Assembly: GCA_037441675.1 (NCBI GenBank)
Contig: JBBIRS010000001.1
Span: 1-64,000 of the forward strand
Direction of reading: 5' to 3'
Origin: Planctomycetales bacterium
GTDB lineage: Bacteria > 4484-113
DNA length: 64,000 nt
In this document: positions 48,424-58,931 of the stretch, one piece after another
How the letters are laid out: each line of letters begins with the position of its first letter
How positions within the stretch are numbered: the first letter of the stretch is position 1
Translations under genes and position numbers: made by a program
The notes under the pieces: model-generated
Seen by the model: the letters and a program-made list of their open reading frames with translations, nothing else
What the model was told of the DNA's origin: nothing
Database searches by the model: none

Positions 48424-49734
48424 ATGAAATACAGTGTTGTAAATATTGCTCGGATTGCGGAAAACTTGGGCAAAACGGTTTGCTTGCGAGGTTGGGTAAG
48501 GAACCGTCGTTTCGGAAAAGGCATAGCCTTTTTTATTCTTAGAGACGGAACCGGCGAGGTGCAGTGTGTTGCATCGAGCGAAGAAATACCAGAGGGTGAG
48601 CTTAAAAGTTATGAAGGAATTGGGCTGGAATCCTCTGTTCAAATCATTGGAGAGGTAAGAAATGATGAGAGGAGCCCGGGTGGATATGAGATTAAGGTAC
48701 AAGAGATCATACCAATTCAAAAAGTTACAGATTATCCCATTGCCAAAAAGGAGCATGGGGTTGAATTTTTGATGGAACATAGGCACCTGTGGATTCGCTC
48801 AAGAACTCAAACAGCTATCCTAAAACTTAGAAACGAAATCCAAAAGTATTGGATAGATTTCTTCTATGAGAAGAACTTTTATAGAGCGGACGCACCTATA
48901 TTTACCTCATCTGCCTGTGAAGGAACCACCACTTTGTTCCCAGTGGATTATCATGGTGATACCGCCTACTTAAGTCAAAGTGGGCAACTTTACAATGAAG
49001 CTACAATATTTGCCCTCGGCAAGGTTTACTGTTTTGGCCCCACATTTCGAGCTGAGAAAAGCAAAACAAGGCGTCACTTACTTGAATTTTGGATGTTAGA
49101 GGCAGAAGCATCTTTTATGACACATGAAGAAAGTCTTCAGCTTCAGGAAGAACTGATCGTTTCAACCATTGAGCATGTCTTAAGTAAGTGCGATTCAGAG
49201 TTCAAAATCCTTGGAAGAGATATAGAACCTCTTAAGAGGGTGAAACCACCATTTGTAAGAATTACTTATGGCGAGGCGGTGAAGCTAATCAATGAGAAGA
49301 TGGTAGAACGCGATGCCCCTTTCCAATACGGTGATGATTTTGGTGCACCTGAGGAGACTTTTCTTTCTCTGCAATTTGATAAGCCGTTTTTCGTTACCAA
49401 TTTTCCCGTAGAAACTAAAGCTTTTTATATGAAACCTGATCCAAATGACGTAAGTACCCTTCTTTGCGCAGACCTTCTCGCACCTGAAGGTTATGGAGAA
49501 ATAATCGGAGGTAGCCAGCGCGAGGATGATATTGATGCATTGCTTCAACGCATAAAACAGTGGAACTTACCCCTTGAACATTTGCAGTGGTATCTAGACC
49601 TTAGAAGATACGGAAGTGTTTATCATTCGGGATTCGGAATAGGGCTTGAGCGTGTGGTGGCATGGGTGGCAGGGCTTCACCATATCCGTGAAACCATTCC
49701 CTTTCCTCGTATGCTTCACCATCTATTCCCGTAG
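48424..49734 (+). CDS. asnS: Asparagine--tRNA ligase
   Basis: GWVRNRR, LRDGTG, CEGTTTLF, YLSQSGQLY.E, FRAEKSKTRRHL.EFWM, GEIIGGSQRE, HSGFG.GLER. Confidence 0.95.
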   Translation: MKYSVVNIARIAENLGKTVCLRGWVRNRRFGKGIAFFILRDGTGEVQCVASSEEIPEGELKSYEGIGLESSVQIIGEVRNDERSPGGYEIKVQEIIPIQKVTDYPIAKKEHGVEFLMEHRHLWIRSRTQTAILKLRNEIQKYWIDFFYEKNFYRADAPIFTSSACEGTTTLFPVDYHGDTAYLSQSGQLYNEATIFALGKVYCFGPTFRAEKSKTRRHLLEFWMLEAEASFMTHEESLQLQEELIVSTIEHVLSKCDSEFKILGRDIEPLKRVKPPFVRITYGEAVKLINEKMVERDAPFQYGDDFGAPEETFLSLQFDKPFFVTNFPVETKAFYMKPDPNDVSTLLCADLLAPEGYGEIIGGSQREDDIDALLQRIKQWNLPLEHLQWYLDLRRYGSVYHSGFGIGLERVVAWVAGLHHIRETIPFPRMLHHLFP

Positions 49735-49816
49735 ATAAATCAAAGAAAATAGATAAAAAACTCCCACTATATCAAACGAAGTCTTATAGAGATACTTCTC
49801 TGGTAAAATAGTTTTC

Positions 49817-51607
49817 TTGACACTGCGGAACGCCACGATGCTTCAAACTTCAACAAGAACTTCTTCTCGTCCAGGTTTTACTTGGGAACTAAGAAAGGTT
49901 CGACCGTTGATTGTAGAACGCAAGACGGAAATAATTTACGCTCTTGTTTGCGCCTTAATTTATTCTCTAGCAACTCTCTCAGTGCCGGTTATTTTCAAGT
50001 ACTTAGTTGATGAAGCTATCCTAACTCGCAAAGACCTGAAGTTAGTTCTCCTTGGCTTTTTTGGATTAGCCCTTGTGCTCTTCATTAGACTTGGCGCTCA
50101 AGCCTTCAGGCTTTACTACTCCTACTCGGTAGCCTACAATGCAACAGTAAGCCTTCGTCAGCGACTTTTTGAACACCTTCAACAACTTTCCTACTCCTTC
50201 TTTGATCGCAGTAGATTGGGAGATTTAATGTCAAGGCTTACAAATGATGTCATCGTCATCCAGAACTTTATCCTAAGCTCCCTTGAAGACTTTTTTGCTG
50301 CCCCGGTGATTCTGGTTGGCGCAATAATCGTGCTCTTCTTTCTTAATTTTAGAATAGGTATCGTAATTCTTATCGTCAGTATTCTGGTGGGGATTGGCTT
50401 GAGAATTGCTGGCTCAAGAATAAGAAAGCTAAATGATAAAATTCGCAAAAGCGAAGGAGAACTCACTACAGTTCTAGCTGAAAGCTTGAATGTAATAAGA
50501 CTAATCCAGTCATTTAATATGGAAGCCCATATGTCCGAGAAGTTTCTAGAGGTAAACAGGCGCCACCTGCAGGATAGCATTCGTGCCGCAAGAGTTACTT
50601 CCTACCTTCTTCCTCTAGTTGAATTCATAGGTTTTCTTGCTCCACTTGTAATCATCACCATCATAGGAGTTTGGATTATTATTCAACGAAGCACAGTAGG
50701 TGACATATTTGCAATTGGTGGCTTAGCTGGATTTGTAGCTAATCCGCTGAATAAGCTCTCTAGGGTGTTCGTCACATTACAAAGTGCTCGTTCAGCAATA
50801 GCTCGTGTATTTGAGATTCTTGAAACACCGAGGGAGATTAGGGATGTTCCAGGCGCAAAAAAATTAGAAGTTACTTTAGGCAGGATTGAATTTCAAGACG
50901 TTTCTTTCTCATATACCCCGGGCGAGCCTGTTATAAAGAAGATAAACCTAACCATTGAGCCAGGTGAAATAGTTGCTATCGTTGGTGAAAGTGGTTCGGG
51001 TAAATCAACTTTAATCAACTTGATACCGCGATTTTATGAACCTACATCTGGAAAAATACTAATTGATGGACAAGATATTAGAGAAGTTACCCTAGCGTCA
51101 CTTAGAGCTAGCATTGGCATAGTTAGTCAGGAAACAATCCTAATTCATGGCACTATTAGAGAAAACATAGCCTTCGGTAGGCCTGAGACGGATGAGCTAG
51201 ATATTATTGCAGTAGCAAAGGCAGCTAATGCTCACGATTTCATAATCCGTTTGCCAAAGGGATATGACACTATGGTAGGTGAACGAGGTGTCACCCTTTC
51301 TGGAGGAGAAAGACAGAGAATTGCAATTGCTCGGGCTCTCTTAAAAGACCCAAAGGTACTTCTTCTAGATGAGGCTACGGGCGCGCTGGATTCGGTTTCA
51401 GAGGCGGTGGTTCAGGATGCTCTAAATAAATTAATGTACGGAAGAGCAACTCTTATGGTTGCCCATAGGCTTTCCACGGTTAGGATGGCAAGCAAGATTG
51501 TTGTGCTCTCCGCTGGTGAGATAGTCGAAATGGGCTCCCATGCGGAGTTAATGGCTCTGCAAGGTGTTTATCACAAATTGGTGAGACTGCAAGGAGTATA
51601 CGCTTAA
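49817..51607 (+). CDS. ABC exporter with fused permease/ATPase (MsbA-like)
   Basis: TM domain with GDLMSRLTND; GESGSGKST, LSGGERQR, LLDEAT, AHRLST. Confidence 0.9.
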   Translation: MTLRNATMLQTSTRTSSRPGFTWELRKVRPLIVERKTEIIYALVCALIYSLATLSVPVIFKYLVDEAILTRKDLKLVLLGFFGLALVLFIRLGAQAFRLYYSYSVAYNATVSLRQRLFEHLQQLSYSFFDRSRLGDLMSRLTNDVIVIQNFILSSLEDFFAAPVILVGAIIVLFFLNFRIGIVILIVSILVGIGLRIAGSRIRKLNDKIRKSEGELTTVLAESLNVIRLIQSFNMEAHMSEKFLEVNRRHLQDSIRAARVTSYLLPLVEFIGFLAPLVIITIIGVWIIIQRSTVGDIFAIGGLAGFVANPLNKLSRVFVTLQSARSAIARVFEILETPREIRDVPGAKKLEVTLGRIEFQDVSFSYTPGEPVIKKINLTIEPGEIVAIVGESGSGKSTLINLIPRFYEPTSGKILIDGQDIREVTLASLRASIGIVSQETILIHGTIRENIAFGRPETDELDIIAVAKAANAHDFIIRLPKGYDTMVGERGVTLSGGERQRIAIARALLKDPKVLLLDEATGALDSVSEAVVQDALNKLMYGRATLMVAHRLSTVRMASKIVVLSAGEIVEMGSHAELMALQGVYHKLVRLQGVYA

Positions 51608-51673
51608 TGGTTAATTGATGTATAAGACCCCAGAATCTCGTCTGTTATAATGTAATAAACGATAGACACTTTT

Positions 51674-52462
51674 ATGAAATCTGAAATAAGAACTTTACCT
51701 AAAATAAGTCCTGACATCCCCGATATTGGTCAGGACGGCGATTTATTAGTTATAAGTCGGGCTCTAAAAATATACCGTGGAAGAAGAGTGGTCAACGATG
51801 TATCGATTTACCTGAGAAAGGGAGAAATAGTTGGATTACTCGGGCCCAACGGTGCAGGTAAAACAACCACATTTTATATGGCAATAGGTCTTGTTAGACC
51901 TGATGGTGGTAAAGTTTACCTAAAAGGTCAGGATATAACAAAACTCCCAATTTATAAGCGTGCTAGGTTAGGAATTGGTTATCTTTCCCAAGAATCAAGT
52001 GTATTTAGAAAGTTAACTGTTGAAGAAAACATAAGACTTGTTTGGGAGGCATTAGGAATACCAGAAAAAGAGCAAGATGAGAGGATTGTTCACCTGCTTG
52101 AGGAGTTCAACATTCTTCACCTTAGACGGCATAAATGCTACGTCCTTTCGGGTGGAGAGAAAAGAAGGGTTGAGGTTGCTCGCGCTTTAGCAGGTAATCC
52201 TGATTTTATTTTACTTGACGAGCCCTTTACTGGGATAGACCCAATAACTATAGAGGGTCTCCAACAAATAGTTGTTTCACTAAAGGAAAAGGGTCTTGGC
52301 GTTATGGTTACCGATCACAATGTGCGAGAAGCTCTTCGCATTTGTGATAGGGCTTATATCTTGGTAGATGGCAAAGTTTTAGTCCAAGGCACTCCAAGCG
52401 AGGTGGCGGAAAATGAGCTTGCCAGAAAGTACTTCTTAGGCGAACGTTTTCGCTACGAATAA
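51674..52462 (+). CDS. lptB: LPS export ABC ATPase
   Basis: GEIVGLLGPNGAGKTTTFYM, RARLGIGYL.QE.SVFRKL, LDEPF.GIDP, TDHNVRE, FLGE.F. Confidence 0.93.
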   Translation: MKSEIRTLPKISPDIPDIGQDGDLLVISRALKIYRGRRVVNDVSIYLRKGEIVGLLGPNGAGKTTTFYMAIGLVRPDGGKVYLKGQDITKLPIYKRARLGIGYLSQESSVFRKLTVEENIRLVWEALGIPEKEQDERIVHLLEEFNILHLRRHKCYVLSGGEKRRVEVARALAGNPDFILLDEPFTGIDPITIEGLQQIVVSLKEKGLGVMVTDHNVREALRICDRAYILVDGKVLVQGTPSEVAENELARKYFLGERFRYE

Positions 52463-52591
52463 TTCTTAATATACAAACTTTTCCCCGTTTTATGTGAATT
52501 TACCTATTAATGGCTATTCATTTTCACTTTCAAGTGCTAAAATAAATAGTTAAAGAAAAAGACGGCTACTAAACAGGTGTTAAAATATATT

Positions 52592-54598
52592 ATGCCAAGG
52601 CATTCAGACACATCAAAAAAGACAGATGAAATTGCAGGAAGTCATCCTCTCAGCGAAGTAGACGAAGATGGTGAGGTTCAAGTTAGTGCTGGTTCTGATG
52701 CTATTCTAACTGATGAAGAGTATACCGCAAGGCACATTCAGGTTCTAAAGGGGCTTGAAGGTGTTCGTCAACGTCCTGCTATGTATGTGGGATCCACCAG
52801 CGAAGCTGGGCTCCATCACCTTGTCTGGGAGATTGTGGACAATGCTATTGATGAGGTGATGGCAGGTCATTGCAATTCGATAGTAGTAACTTTGCATAAG
52901 GACGGTAGCGTCTCAGTCCTTGATAATGGGCGTGGCGTGCCGGTCGAGTTTATGGAAAGCGAGAATATGTATGCTGCTGAAGTTATTTTTGTTACCCTTC
53001 ATGCTGGTGCCAAGTTTGGTTCAGGTGCTTACAAGGTTAGTGGTGGTCTGCATGGTGTCGGCTCTTCAGTTGTTAATGCGCTTTCTAGAAGGTTTGAGGT
53101 GGAGATCTATCGCAATGGCAATGTGTATTTTCTAGCTTGCGAGCGTGGCAAACTTACCGAACCCCTTACTGTTAAAGGTAAAGCGGGAAAGAAACGAGGA
53201 ACGGTTGTTAGGTTCTGGCCTGATCCGGATATCTTTGAGACGACTGAATTTAAGTTTTCAATTATTGAGGAAAGGCTTCGTGAATTGGCTTTTCTGAATG
53301 CTGGTGTTTCAATAACATTAAGAGATGAAAATACTGATACTGAAGAAACATTTAAGTACAAGGGTGGACTTAAAGAGTTCGTTCAATACTTAACAAAACA
53401 GAGGAATGCTCTTCACCGCACAATTCACCATGTTAAGGTAACAACTGGGGTAAGAGTTGAATTTGCGCTCCAATGGACGGATGGTTACAAGGAGTATATC
53501 CTTGGATTTGCTAATAATATTTTCACAAAAGATGGGGGTACTCACATTATCGGCTTGAAAGCGGGGCTAACGCGAGCGGTTAACAGCTATGCTTCTAAAT
53601 TTGGTCTTCTGAAAAATGGCTCAGTGCAACCGACTGGAGATGATATTCGTGAAGGATTAACAGCTGCTATCTCAGTTTGGCTTGAGAATCCGCAATTTGA
53701 AGGTCAAACGAAGAGCCAGCTAGGTAATAGCGATGTTAAGGGCGTAGTTGAATCTATTGTAAATGAATACTTAGGTTCATGGCTAGAGGAACATCCCACA
53801 GAAGCTCGTAGGATTTTTTCAAAGGCTGAGGTTGCAGCGAGGGCTCGCGAAGCAGCAAGAAAGGCCCGCGATATAGTGCGGAAGCAGAGTGGTATTGACA
53901 CTTCACTTCCCGGTAAGCTTGCGGATTGTGCAACAAGGAATCCCGAAAGTAGTGAGCTTTTAATTGTTGAAGGAGACTCTGCCGGTGGGAATGCAAAACA
54001 GGGCAGAAATAGAGAGTTCCAAGCAGTTCTCCCTCTGCGGGGGAAGTTCCTCAACGTGGAAAAGAGTGCCTTGAACAAGATACTTTCCAATCAAGAAGTA
54101 AGAACGCTGATATCCGCCATTGGAACAGGGATAGGTAATGATTTCAACATAGAGAAACTCAGATATCACAAGATTATCCTAATGACAGATGCAGATGTGG
54201 ATGGTGCACATATTAGGACGCTTCTTCTCACGTTCTTTTTCCGCTATATGGAGCCACTGGTTGAATTGGGTCACCTCTATATTGCGCAACCGCCCCTATA
54301 TAGAATTCGGAAAGGCAGTCAAAACATTTACGTTTTTTCAGAGAAGGAAATGCTTGAGAATGTTAAAGAGCTGGGTGGTAACATTGAGGTCACTAGGTTC
54401 AAAGGATTGGGCGAAATGAACGCGGAACAACTATGGGATACTGCTATGAATCCTGAGACTAGAACACTCGTTAGGATGACGGTGGACGATTTAAGAAGAG
54501 CCGCGGATACTTTTGAAAAACTGATGGGGGTTGAAGTTCAGCCAAGGAAAATCTTCATTCATGAATACGCTAAGAGGGTTAAGAATCTTGATATCTAG
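52592..54598 (+). CDS. gyrB: Type IIA topoisomerase B subunit, most likely gyrase B
   Basis: GLEGVRQRPAMY, EIVDNAIDE, GGLHGVG, PQFEGQTK, VEGDSAGG, PLRGK, DADVDG, RFKGLGEM, NLDI. ParE is not excluded. Confidence 0.82.
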   Translation: MPRHSDTSKKTDEIAGSHPLSEVDEDGEVQVSAGSDAILTDEEYTARHIQVLKGLEGVRQRPAMYVGSTSEAGLHHLVWEIVDNAIDEVMAGHCNSIVVTLHKDGSVSVLDNGRGVPVEFMESENMYAAEVIFVTLHAGAKFGSGAYKVSGGLHGVGSSVVNALSRRFEVEIYRNGNVYFLACERGKLTEPLTVKGKAGKKRGTVVRFWPDPDIFETTEFKFSIIEERLRELAFLNAGVSITLRDENTDTEETFKYKGGLKEFVQYLTKQRNALHRTIHHVKVTTGVRVEFALQWTDGYKEYILGFANNIFTKDGGTHIIGLKAGLTRAVNSYASKFGLLKNGSVQPTGDDIREGLTAAISVWLENPQFEGQTKSQLGNSDVKGVVESIVNEYLGSWLEEHPTEARRIFSKAEVAARAREAARKARDIVRKQSGIDTSLPGKLADCATRNPESSELLIVEGDSAGGNAKQGRNREFQAVLPLRGKFLNVEKSALNKILSNQEVRTLISAIGTGIGNDFNIEKLRYHKIILMTDADVDGAHIRTLLLTFFFRYMEPLVELGHLYIAQPPLYRIRKGSQNIYVFSEKEMLENVKELGGNIEVTRFKGLGEMNAEQLWDTAMNPETRTLVRMTVDDLRRAADTFEKLMGVEVQPRKIFIHEYAKRVKNLDI

Positions 54599-54791
54599 CT
54601 CTCCTGGCATCTTAGCTCGTGATGACAACTTCCTCGCTCTAGTTTAGAATGGGCAAAATTAGCTTATCTTCGCTATTTATTCAACATTGATACTGAATGA
54701 ATTAGGTAACACTTCTCTTCTGTTAGGTATTTAGGAATTTTTCCCTAATATTGCATCAATAACTGTTTTTTGCGATATAATTTCGCCATCT

Positions 54792-55679
54792 ATGCTGAGG
54801 TTGGGATATATCGCACTCGTTCTGGGTTTTGCGTTTGTAATATTTAACGTCTGCATTAAACCATCCTCCGCGCTTGAAGGTAGAGCTGAGAATGCTGAAA
54901 AATGGTCTTCCATCAGCTTTATCCCCGACGAGTTACCGGAAAATCTTGTGGAGTTGAACATTGGAGATGATGGAAATGCCATTGTTAGAGAGTTAAGGAG
55001 GGGAAATCACAAGCTAAAAGAAATTGCATTGACCTTTGATGATGGCCCACATCCCATATATACTTCAAAAATTTTATCCATTCTTCGTTACTACCGTGTC
55101 CCTGCTACGTTCTTTATGGTTGGTGTTCAAGCTGAGCGATACCCAGAATGGGTGAAAATGGTATTTCAAGAAGGCCATGAAATTGGAAGTCATACTTACG
55201 ACCATTTCCGTTTGGTTGATCTACCCTATGATGAACAGGTTTATCAGATTGAAGAATTTCAAAGGTTGATTCACACTCTAACTGGAGTTTATCCAAAGTT
55301 TATCCGTCCACCGGGAGGTAGATACAATAAGTTTACGGTAGAGCTTATGAACCAAAATGGGCTTGCGCTTGGATTGTGGGATATAAATTCAAAAGACGGA
55401 ACCGACGTTTCCAGCGAGAAGATGCTTCGTTCAATTCTAGAAAGTGTCCAAAACGGCTCAATAATTCTACTCCACGATGGAAGCCCCACTTCCGTGGAAG
55501 TATTACCTCTTCTAATTGAAACCTTGAAACGAAGGGGATTTCAGTTTGTTACGATGTCCCAAATGCTTATACATTCCAATTCCGAGCTTCTAGCCAAAGC
55601 TGATTCGGATAACAGAGGAACTTCCAGCCCTGGGAGCGAGAAAAGCCCAGAAGCAAAATGGAAGGTTTATTCGTACTAG
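54792..55679 (+). CDS. CE4/NodB polysaccharide deacetylase
   Basis: ALTFDDGP, ATFF, HEIGSHTYDH, RPPGG, IILLHDG; N-terminal signal/TM. Confidence 0.93.
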   Translation: MLRLGYIALVLGFAFVIFNVCIKPSSALEGRAENAEKWSSISFIPDELPENLVELNIGDDGNAIVRELRRGNHKLKEIALTFDDGPHPIYTSKILSILRYYRVPATFFMVGVQAERYPEWVKMVFQEGHEIGSHTYDHFRLVDLPYDEQVYQIEEFQRLIHTLTGVYPKFIRPPGGRYNKFTVELMNQNGLALGLWDINSKDGTDVSSEKMLRSILESVQNGSIILLHDGSPTSVEVLPLLIETLKRRGFQFVTMSQMLIHSNSELLAKADSDNRGTSSPGSEKSPEAKWKVYSY

Positions 55680-55782
55680 TTGTGTATCTTCCTCTTAAAA
55701 AAGCTTTGGATAGCGTTTTGATACCTTGTATTACTAATTGAGAAACTAAACTTATTCCTATTAGCCTCTTAGGAAGAGTAAT

Positions 55783-57054
55783 CTACATATTATCATCCAA
55801 GGGAATTGAATCTTTTCCCCGCTTAAATATTAGCACTGCATTGTGTCCGCCAAAACCAAATGAGTTATTCATAGCGTAGGTGAAATTCAATGGAACCGAC
55901 TTATTTGGTGTGTAGTCCAAATCACATTCAGGATCAGGATATTCATAGTTTATTGTAGGAGGAATTTCCTGACGAGAAAGTGCAAGCAAGACCGCAATGC
56001 TTTCCGCTACACCGGCTGCTCCAAGCAGATGTCCATGCATTGATTTTGTAGATGAAATTTTTAACTTATAAGCGTGTTCGCCAAAAACTTTCTTAATTGC
56101 CTCTGTTTCAGTCTTATCGTTCAATTCAGTTGAAGTGCCGTGGGCATTTATATATCCAATATCCGTAGGATTAAGCCCAGCATCTTCCAGCGCAAGTTTC
56201 ATGGCTTTGGCAGCACCTACACCTCCCGGAGCAGGGGCGGTAATATGATAAGCATCAGCGGTAGCACCATATCCTATAATTTCACCGTAGATTTTAGCTC
56301 CGCGCTTTTTCGCCAATTCCATTTCTTCCAATACTAGGATTCCTGCGCCTTCGCCCATTACAAAACCGCTTCTCTTAGCGTCAAATGGACGAGAAGCTCT
56401 TTCTGGCTCGTCATTCCACTTATCCGTAACTGCCTTCATAACGCAGAAACCAGCGAGTCCCAAAGGGTTAACAGCTGATTCCGCGCCTCCCGCGATACAG
56501 ACATCCATATACCCATCTCGAATGGCTCTAAAAGCTTCTCCAATACTATGATTTGAGGTAGAGCAGGCAGATACATGGGCCAAATTTGGCCCCATTACAC
56601 CAAGCTCAATTGCTACAATTCCTGAGGCAGAATTTGCGATAACGTTTGGTATAAATAAAGGACTAACTCTAAGTGCTCCCCGTTCCAAAAGAACCTTTGA
56701 TTGTTCATAAAGCGTTCTAAGACCGCCAATCCCAGAACCAATGTATATTCCAATTCTGTCCTGATTTTCCTCAGTTATCCTAAGGCCTGCCATATTAACT
56801 GCAATCCGTGCTGCTGCAACCGAAAGGGAAATGTAAACGTCATACCTTTTCGCGTCCTTAGCATTCATAAAATTCTCAGGAATGAATTCCCCCAAGTTTG
56901 CGGCTATCCTCACGGGGAAATCACTTACATCAAAAGTGTTAATCTTTCTAACTCCGCTTTTCCCTGCAAAAATGGCTTCAGCGAATGGTTTAAGTCCTGT
57001 CCCGTAACAGCTAATTATTCCGATACCGGTAATTGAAACTCTTCTTTTTAACAT
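55783..57054 (-). CDS. fabF: Beta-ketoacyl-ACP synthase II
   Basis: SACSTS.H, NAHGTST, KSMHGHLLGAAG, NSFGFGGHN. Confidence 0.96.
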   Translation of the reverse strand: MLKRRVSITGIGIISCYGTGLKPFAEAIFAGKSGVRKINTFDVSDFPVRIAANLGEFIPENFMNAKDAKRYDVYISLSVAAARIAVNMAGLRITEENQDRIGIYIGSGIGGLRTLYEQSKVLLERGALRVSPLFIPNVIANSASGIVAIELGVMGPNLAHVSACSTSNHSIGEAFRAIRDGYMDVCIAGGAESAVNPLGLAGFCVMKAVTDKWNDEPERASRPFDAKRSGFVMGEGAGILVLEEMELAKKRGAKIYGEIIGYGATADAYHITAPAPGGVGAAKAMKLALEDAGLNPTDIGYINAHGTSTELNDKTETEAIKKVFGEHAYKLKISSTKSMHGHLLGAAGVAESIAVLLALSRQEIPPTINYEYPDPECDLDYTPNKSVPLNFTYAMNNSFGFGGHNAVLIFKRGKDSIPLDDNM

Positions 57055-57076
57055 ATAGCAAAATTAATAGTTGCAC

Positions 57077-57844
57077 CTAAAGCCTAAGGCCACCACCATT
57101 GATATGCAGTGTTGCACCATTGATATAGCTTGCTGCCTCTGATAGCAAGAAGCAAACAGGATAAGCCACTTCTTCCGGTTTCCCAAACCTCCTCACAGGA
57201 ATTTGAGATTTTAACGACTCTACCACATCATCCCTTAAGTTGCTTGTCATGTCTGTTTCAATGATACCAGGGATAACAGTATTTGCTCTTATGTTTTTTC
57301 TTGCGTATTCTACCGCAATGCTTTTCATTAGCCCTACAATACCGGCTTTGGCTGCAGAGTAATTGCTTTGTCCAAAGCTTCCGACTGTTCCTGCCACAGA
57401 GGATACGCTTACTATTCTTCCGAACTTGATCTTTAACATCTGTTTAATTGCTTCCTTCGTAACGTAGAAAACCGAAGATAGATTAACGCGAATACAATCT
57501 TCCCATTCATCTGCCTTCATTGAGTGAGTTAAAGCGTCCAACCTCGCCCCGGCACAATTTACTAACAATTGAATGTTTCCAAACTTCTTTCCAATTTCTC
57601 CAAACATTGTTTCCACTTGCTCGGGAACAGTTACATCACACTGAAATGCGTATGCCTTTCCTCCATTCGAGGAGATTAAATTGCAGACCTCCTCCGCAGA
57701 TTGCTTGTTCGTCTTGTAGTTAACTATTGTTACAGCATTTGATTTGCCAAGTAGATATGCAATAGCAGAACCAATACCCCTGCTTCCGCCCGTCACGAGA
57801 GCTATTTTGCCTGAAAATTCAAATTCTACGTCAGTGGTATACAG
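57077..57844 (-). CDS. fabG: 3-oxoacyl-ACP reductase with inferred CTG start
   Basis: FSGKIALVTGGSRGIG, NYSAAK, PG.I.TDMT, INGG. AAGGAGG-N8-CTG at 57844 with an in-frame TAA immediately upstream. Confidence 0.88.
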   Translation of the reverse strand: MYTTDVEFEFSGKIALVTGGSRGIGSAIAYLLGKSNAVTIVNYKTNKQSAEEVCNLISSNGGKAYAFQCDVTVPEQVETMFGEIGKKFGNIQLLVNCAGARLDALTHSMKADEWEDCIRVNLSSVFYVTKEAIKQMLKIKFGRIVSVSSVAGTVGSFGQSNYSAAKAGIVGLMKSIAVEYARKNIRANTVIPGIIETDMTSNLRDDVVESLKSQIPVRRFGKPEEVAYPVCFLLSEAASYINGATLHINGGGLRL

Positions 57845-57967
57845 TTAAATTCCCTCCTTTAAGCAAGTAGTGATGAAAAAAATTATCTCACAAAATATAT
57901 CATAAATGTTTAATTTATTAGTCCTAGCTTCGAAAATATATTTGAACTTTTATTAAAGGTGTTTGTA

Positions 57968-58825
57968 ATGCTAATTCATAGAACAGCAATCGTTCATCCT
58001 GAAGCCCATCTAGAACCGGGCGTGGAAGTTGGTGCGTACAGCATAATTGGTAGAAATACAATAATCCAATCTGACACTAGGATTGGAAGTCATGTGGTTA
58101 TCTGCGAGAATGTTCGTATAGGTTCAGGCTGTGAGATATATTCTCATGCTGTTATTGGTAGCGAGCCACAAGACTTAAAGTACGATGGTTCGCTCTCCAA
58201 TGTGGAGATTGGTGAGGGTTGCAAGATTAGGGAGTTTGTAACGATTAATCGTGGTAGCAAGAATGGTTCTGTTACCCGCGTTGACGATCATACCCTTCTT
58301 ATGACCGGTGTGCATATAGCGCACGATTGCAAGATTGGTAAACACGTTATTATGGCTAATCTAGCAACACTTGGTGGTCATTGTATAGTTGAAGACTATG
58401 CGGTAATGGGGGGAGTGGCGGTTGCGCATCAATTTGTGCGCGTAGGGAAGATGGCGATGGTAGGTGGCACTAGCGGGTTGATGCAAGATGCTCCTCCTTT
58501 TATGATGGTGTTCGGTCCAGCACCAGCGCGTGTTATAAACATTAACCATGTGGGACTTAAACGCAACGGAGTTCCCCCTGAGGTGAGAATGCAATTAAGA
58601 CAAGCCTTTCAATTCCTTTATCGTCAAGGACTAACAATTGAGCAAGCCTTACGTAAAATTGAGATGGAAATTGAGCAAAGCGAATACATAAAGTATCTTG
58701 TAGAGTTCTATAGGACTTCTCAGCGCGGTATTTGTCGGGCAACTCTATCTGTCAGCCCTGCGGAAAAGCTTGATGAAAGAAAAGATTTCTTTGACGAATA
58801 CACAACCAGTATCCCTGCTACTTAA
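57968..58825 (+). CDS. lpxA: UDP-N-acetylglucosamine acyltransferase
   Basis: IH.TAIVHP, hexapeptide repeats, PQDLKY, IREFVTINRG, HIAHDC, HQFVRVG, IN.VGLKR.G. Confidence 0.95.
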   Translation: MLIHRTAIVHPEAHLEPGVEVGAYSIIGRNTIIQSDTRIGSHVVICENVRIGSGCEIYSHAVIGSEPQDLKYDGSLSNVEIGEGCKIREFVTINRGSKNGSVTRVDDHTLLMTGVHIAHDCKIGKHVIMANLATLGGHCIVEDYAVMGGVAVAHQFVRVGKMAMVGGTSGLMQDAPPFMMVFGPAPARVININHVGLKRNGVPPEVRMQLRQAFQFLYRQGLTIEQALRKIEMEIEQSEYIKYLVEFYRTSQRGICRATLSVSPAEKLDERKDFFDEYTTSIPAT

Positions 58826-58931
58826 GCTAGTATTTATCCATTATTGTTGATGGAACTTTTCAAATTAGAATCGCTCCCCCTTAATTTTTATCAATGTTTA
58901 AGTATCGCTAAGGTTGCTAAAATGGCAATTC

